Origin: an uncultured Candidatus Peregrinibacteria bacterium
GTDB lineage: Bacteria > Patescibacteriota > Gracilibacteria > Peribacterales > Peribacteraceae
Reading direction: 5' to 3'
Assembly (NCBI GenBank): GCA_903854335.1
Contig: CAINVY010000011.1
Location: 3,007 to 67,006, forward strand
Length of the DNA: 64,000 bases
Every line of letters starts with the position of its first letter. The stretch's first letter is position 1. The notes under the pieces were generated by a model that had not been told where the DNA came from, did not search any database, and saw nothing but the letters and a program-made list of their open reading frames with translations. Positions 62,192 to 64,000 of the stretch are shown here, piece after piece. The translations under genes and the position numbers were made by a program.

Positions 62192-62623
62192 ATGGGTTTT
62201 GGACATAAGAAAAACCATGTAAGTGGTGATCGGGTGAGCGGCGGGCACACGACGCTGATCGATGGCGCGGATCGTGTTGTGAAGAAGCTGGGGAATACGT
62301 CTTGGTTCCACTTGGTACAGCCGGGTGTTATTCGCAACGCACGCAGAGGGAAGGCTTCCGTGACGATTCGTTTTCACATCGATGAGGCTCACAAGGAGAC
62401 GCTCAAGCTCATTTTTCGAAGGCCCGGCTCCGCGCAGAATGTCTATCTTCATGTTCCCGGTCTTCACGAAAAACTCGGAGAAGTTGTTGCCGATATTACG
62501 AGGGTTGTCGGTGAGAAGCTCCGCGGCATCGCGATATATGACAGGACGGCGGAGCGCATCACAGAGGATGTGAGGGGGGAGAGAGATGGTGTTATGGATG
62601 GGGATGATGATTTGGCGAAATGA
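62192..62623 (+). CDS. Hypothetical protein (143 aa)
   Basis: ATG start with balanced composition. Preferred over the antisense ORF 62111-62704. Confidence 0.5.
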   Translation: MGFGHKKNHVSGDRVSGGHTTLIDGADRVVKKLGNTSWFHLVQPGVIRNARRGKASVTIRFHIDEAHKETLKLIFRRPGSAQNVYLHVPGLHEKLGEVVADITRVVGEKLRGIAIYDRTAERITEDVRGERDGVMDGDDDLAK

Positions 62624-64000
62624 TCCAGAATCCATTCTAGAAGCAGAGGATTTGAACTTGTCTCGTATTGTAGCTTTCACTACAATGACTCCCTTTCTTA
62701 TCATCTCTATGAGTCCCGAGCCCGTACTTGCCGAGGCGATAGACCGACCTGAAGTATTAAAACCTTTGAATAATCATGCAAAAGGTGCCATCGCGAAATT
62801 GAGTGACGATCAGCGTCAGCTTTTTGAGCGGTTGCTGAGAGCGGAGGGTGACAAGGGGCCGACGGGCGGGAGTATCTCATCAGAAGATCTGAAGGCGTTG
62901 ATGGCGGTCGATTCGCCGCTGGCGCAGGTGGCGTTCTTGATCTGGGCTGGACGAATCAAAATTGGTGAGTGGGAGAGAGGAGTTGGCGCGGATGAGTTTC
63001 GGAAGGAAGTCCCCGATCTCCTCATCCAGTATCCGCATTTGCGGGAGATAGGCTACGGCGCATATTTCGATGGATACTGCTATGGGCTTACAACTGATGA
63101 CGGCCAAAAAGACAACATTCCCAGAGCGTACTGGGCGCATTACATGATGGACAAGAATCCCGATATGAAAGATGCGATGATCGAGCGACTGAAAGAGTAC
63201 GAGAGCAAAACGTATCTGGCGAAGGCGCTGGAAGATAAGCGTTTCGCCACCGATGCAGCCAAGGCTTTGCTGGAGTTGCCCGAGGATCCAAGCGATTTGC
63301 CGCGTGAGATGGAGCTTGGCGATCGTATCATCGCGCAATTCCCCGACTCTCCCGAGGCGCTAAAGGCGCAACAGAGAATTGACACCCTCTTCACGTCAGC
63401 TATCGAAAAGGGAGTCCAGTTCAAACCGAAATTCTTGGAACAACTCATCTACGGTAGGCCCAAGTATCAGGAGCGGGGGTTCCAGCTCGCTTTGAAGGCC
63501 AATGCCTCTCCTTCTGATCAAATCGCTTTAAACGAACGGCTTGTTACTGATCCTCCGACTTCCGTTATCCAGATGAAGATGGCGCGGCACCTGCTGAGTG
63601 TTTTTGCGAATGACATGCATAATTATTGGGGGCACATGTCCCATTGCATGTTTATCTTCGCCAATCTTCCTGCTCTTCGCGAGGAGGCTTTTGCGATATT
63701 GAGAGACAAAGCACAGCGCCATCATCTTATGGAGTCCCTGCGTGCCGTTCCGGAGTATGCAACCCGTATTATGGATGTTATTGAAACTGAGGATGCGAGA
63801 TGCCTTGCTGCAAACAAAAGTGCGGAGAGTGAGCGACACAGCTGGTATCCGCCCATCAGCTCAACGGATGTGAGTCCGTACTTCGATGGGGTGACGGCAG
63901 CGATGAATGATACGGTGAATCCTGAAGTTGCCACTCGGCTAGGGGGAGAGGCCGAAGCCGCTACGCTCGCCGATCGTTTGGGCAAGTACATGAATGCTTC
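62586..64000 (+). CDS. Hypothetical protein, 3' end outside the window (ORF absent from the supplied track)
   Basis: My own translation of this frame shows no stop from the TGA at 62571 to base 64000. Candidate ATGs lie at 62586, 62598, 62604, 62685 and 62709. It overlaps the upstream gene's stop. Confidence 0.55.
   Translation, partial: MVLWMGMMIWRNDPESILEAEDLNLSRIVAFTTMTPFLIISMSPEPVLAEAIDRPEVLKPLNNHAKGAIAKLSDDQRQLFERLLRAEGDKGPTGGSISSEDLKALMAVDSPLAQVAFLIWAGRIKIGEWERGVGADEFRKEVPDLLIQYPHLREIGYGAYFDGYCYGLTTDDGQKDNIPRAYWAHYMMDKNPDMKDAMIERLKEYESKTYLAKALEDKRFATDAAKALLELPEDPSDLPREMELGDRIIAQFPDSPEALKAQQRIDTLFTSAIEKGVQFKPKFLEQLIYGRPKYQERGFQLALKANASPSDQIALNERLVTDPPTSVIQMKMARHLLSVFANDMHNYWGHMSHCMFIFANLPALREEAFAILRDKAQRHHLMESLRAVPEYATRIMDVIETEDARCLAANKSAESERHSWYPPISSTDVSPYFDGVTAAMNDTVNPEVATRLGGEAEAATLADRLGKYMNA

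Noticed and set aside
62111-62704. 197-aa minus-strand ORF
   Set aside because: It overlaps the more protein-like plus-strand ORF 62192-62623 almost completely. The plus-strand gene also fits the same-strand arrangement with the downstream open frame. Confidence is only moderate.

Overview
This looks like a chromosomal segment of a fairly G+C-rich bacterium, judged by eye. The standard genetic code gives long clean ORFs. The gene content includes archaeal-type PurP paralogues, giant SLH-anchored surface proteins, compact housekeeping operons and almost no Shine-Dalgarno motifs. That hints at an uncultivated, possibly Patescibacteria/CPR-like lineage, but this is inference only and no database search was possible. 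Housekeeping genes recognised: valS 3' end, lexA-dinB, an LCP protein, dtd, rel, rplJ-rplL with a leader, tig, secF, a PfkB kinase, trxA, pgi, ruvA, rsmI, gyrA, rpmE, hrcA with CIRCE, glyA, 5-formyl-THF cyclo-ligase, dnaX and dcd. There are three tRNAs (Cys-GCA, Ala-UGC, Val-CAC). I saw no rRNA, CRISPR array, transposase, integrase or reverse transcriptase. The most unusual signals are: (1) several families of palindromic intergenic repeat modules assembled as mosaics at seven or more loci, including a roughly 200-nt hairpin-rich element present twice; (2) a lower-G+C cassette at 18.3-20.7 kb with four tandem paralogous small proteins plus one small acidic protein, which has its own promoters and terminators and an AVGARVTG motif conserved through completely different codons; (3) a 1.8-kb islet next to tRNA-Cys bracketed by 20-nt and 17-nt direct repeats; (4) a 1.3-kb ORF-free gap with a promoter-like and a terminator-like signal; (5) tandem 7-9-nt repeat arrays in three intergenic spacers; (6) two purP paralogues separated by tandem 74-aa paralogues. 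Many long ORFs in the track are antisense shadows of real genes in G+C-rich DNA. Several track starts are TTG or GTG codons and I moved them to better-supported ATGs.
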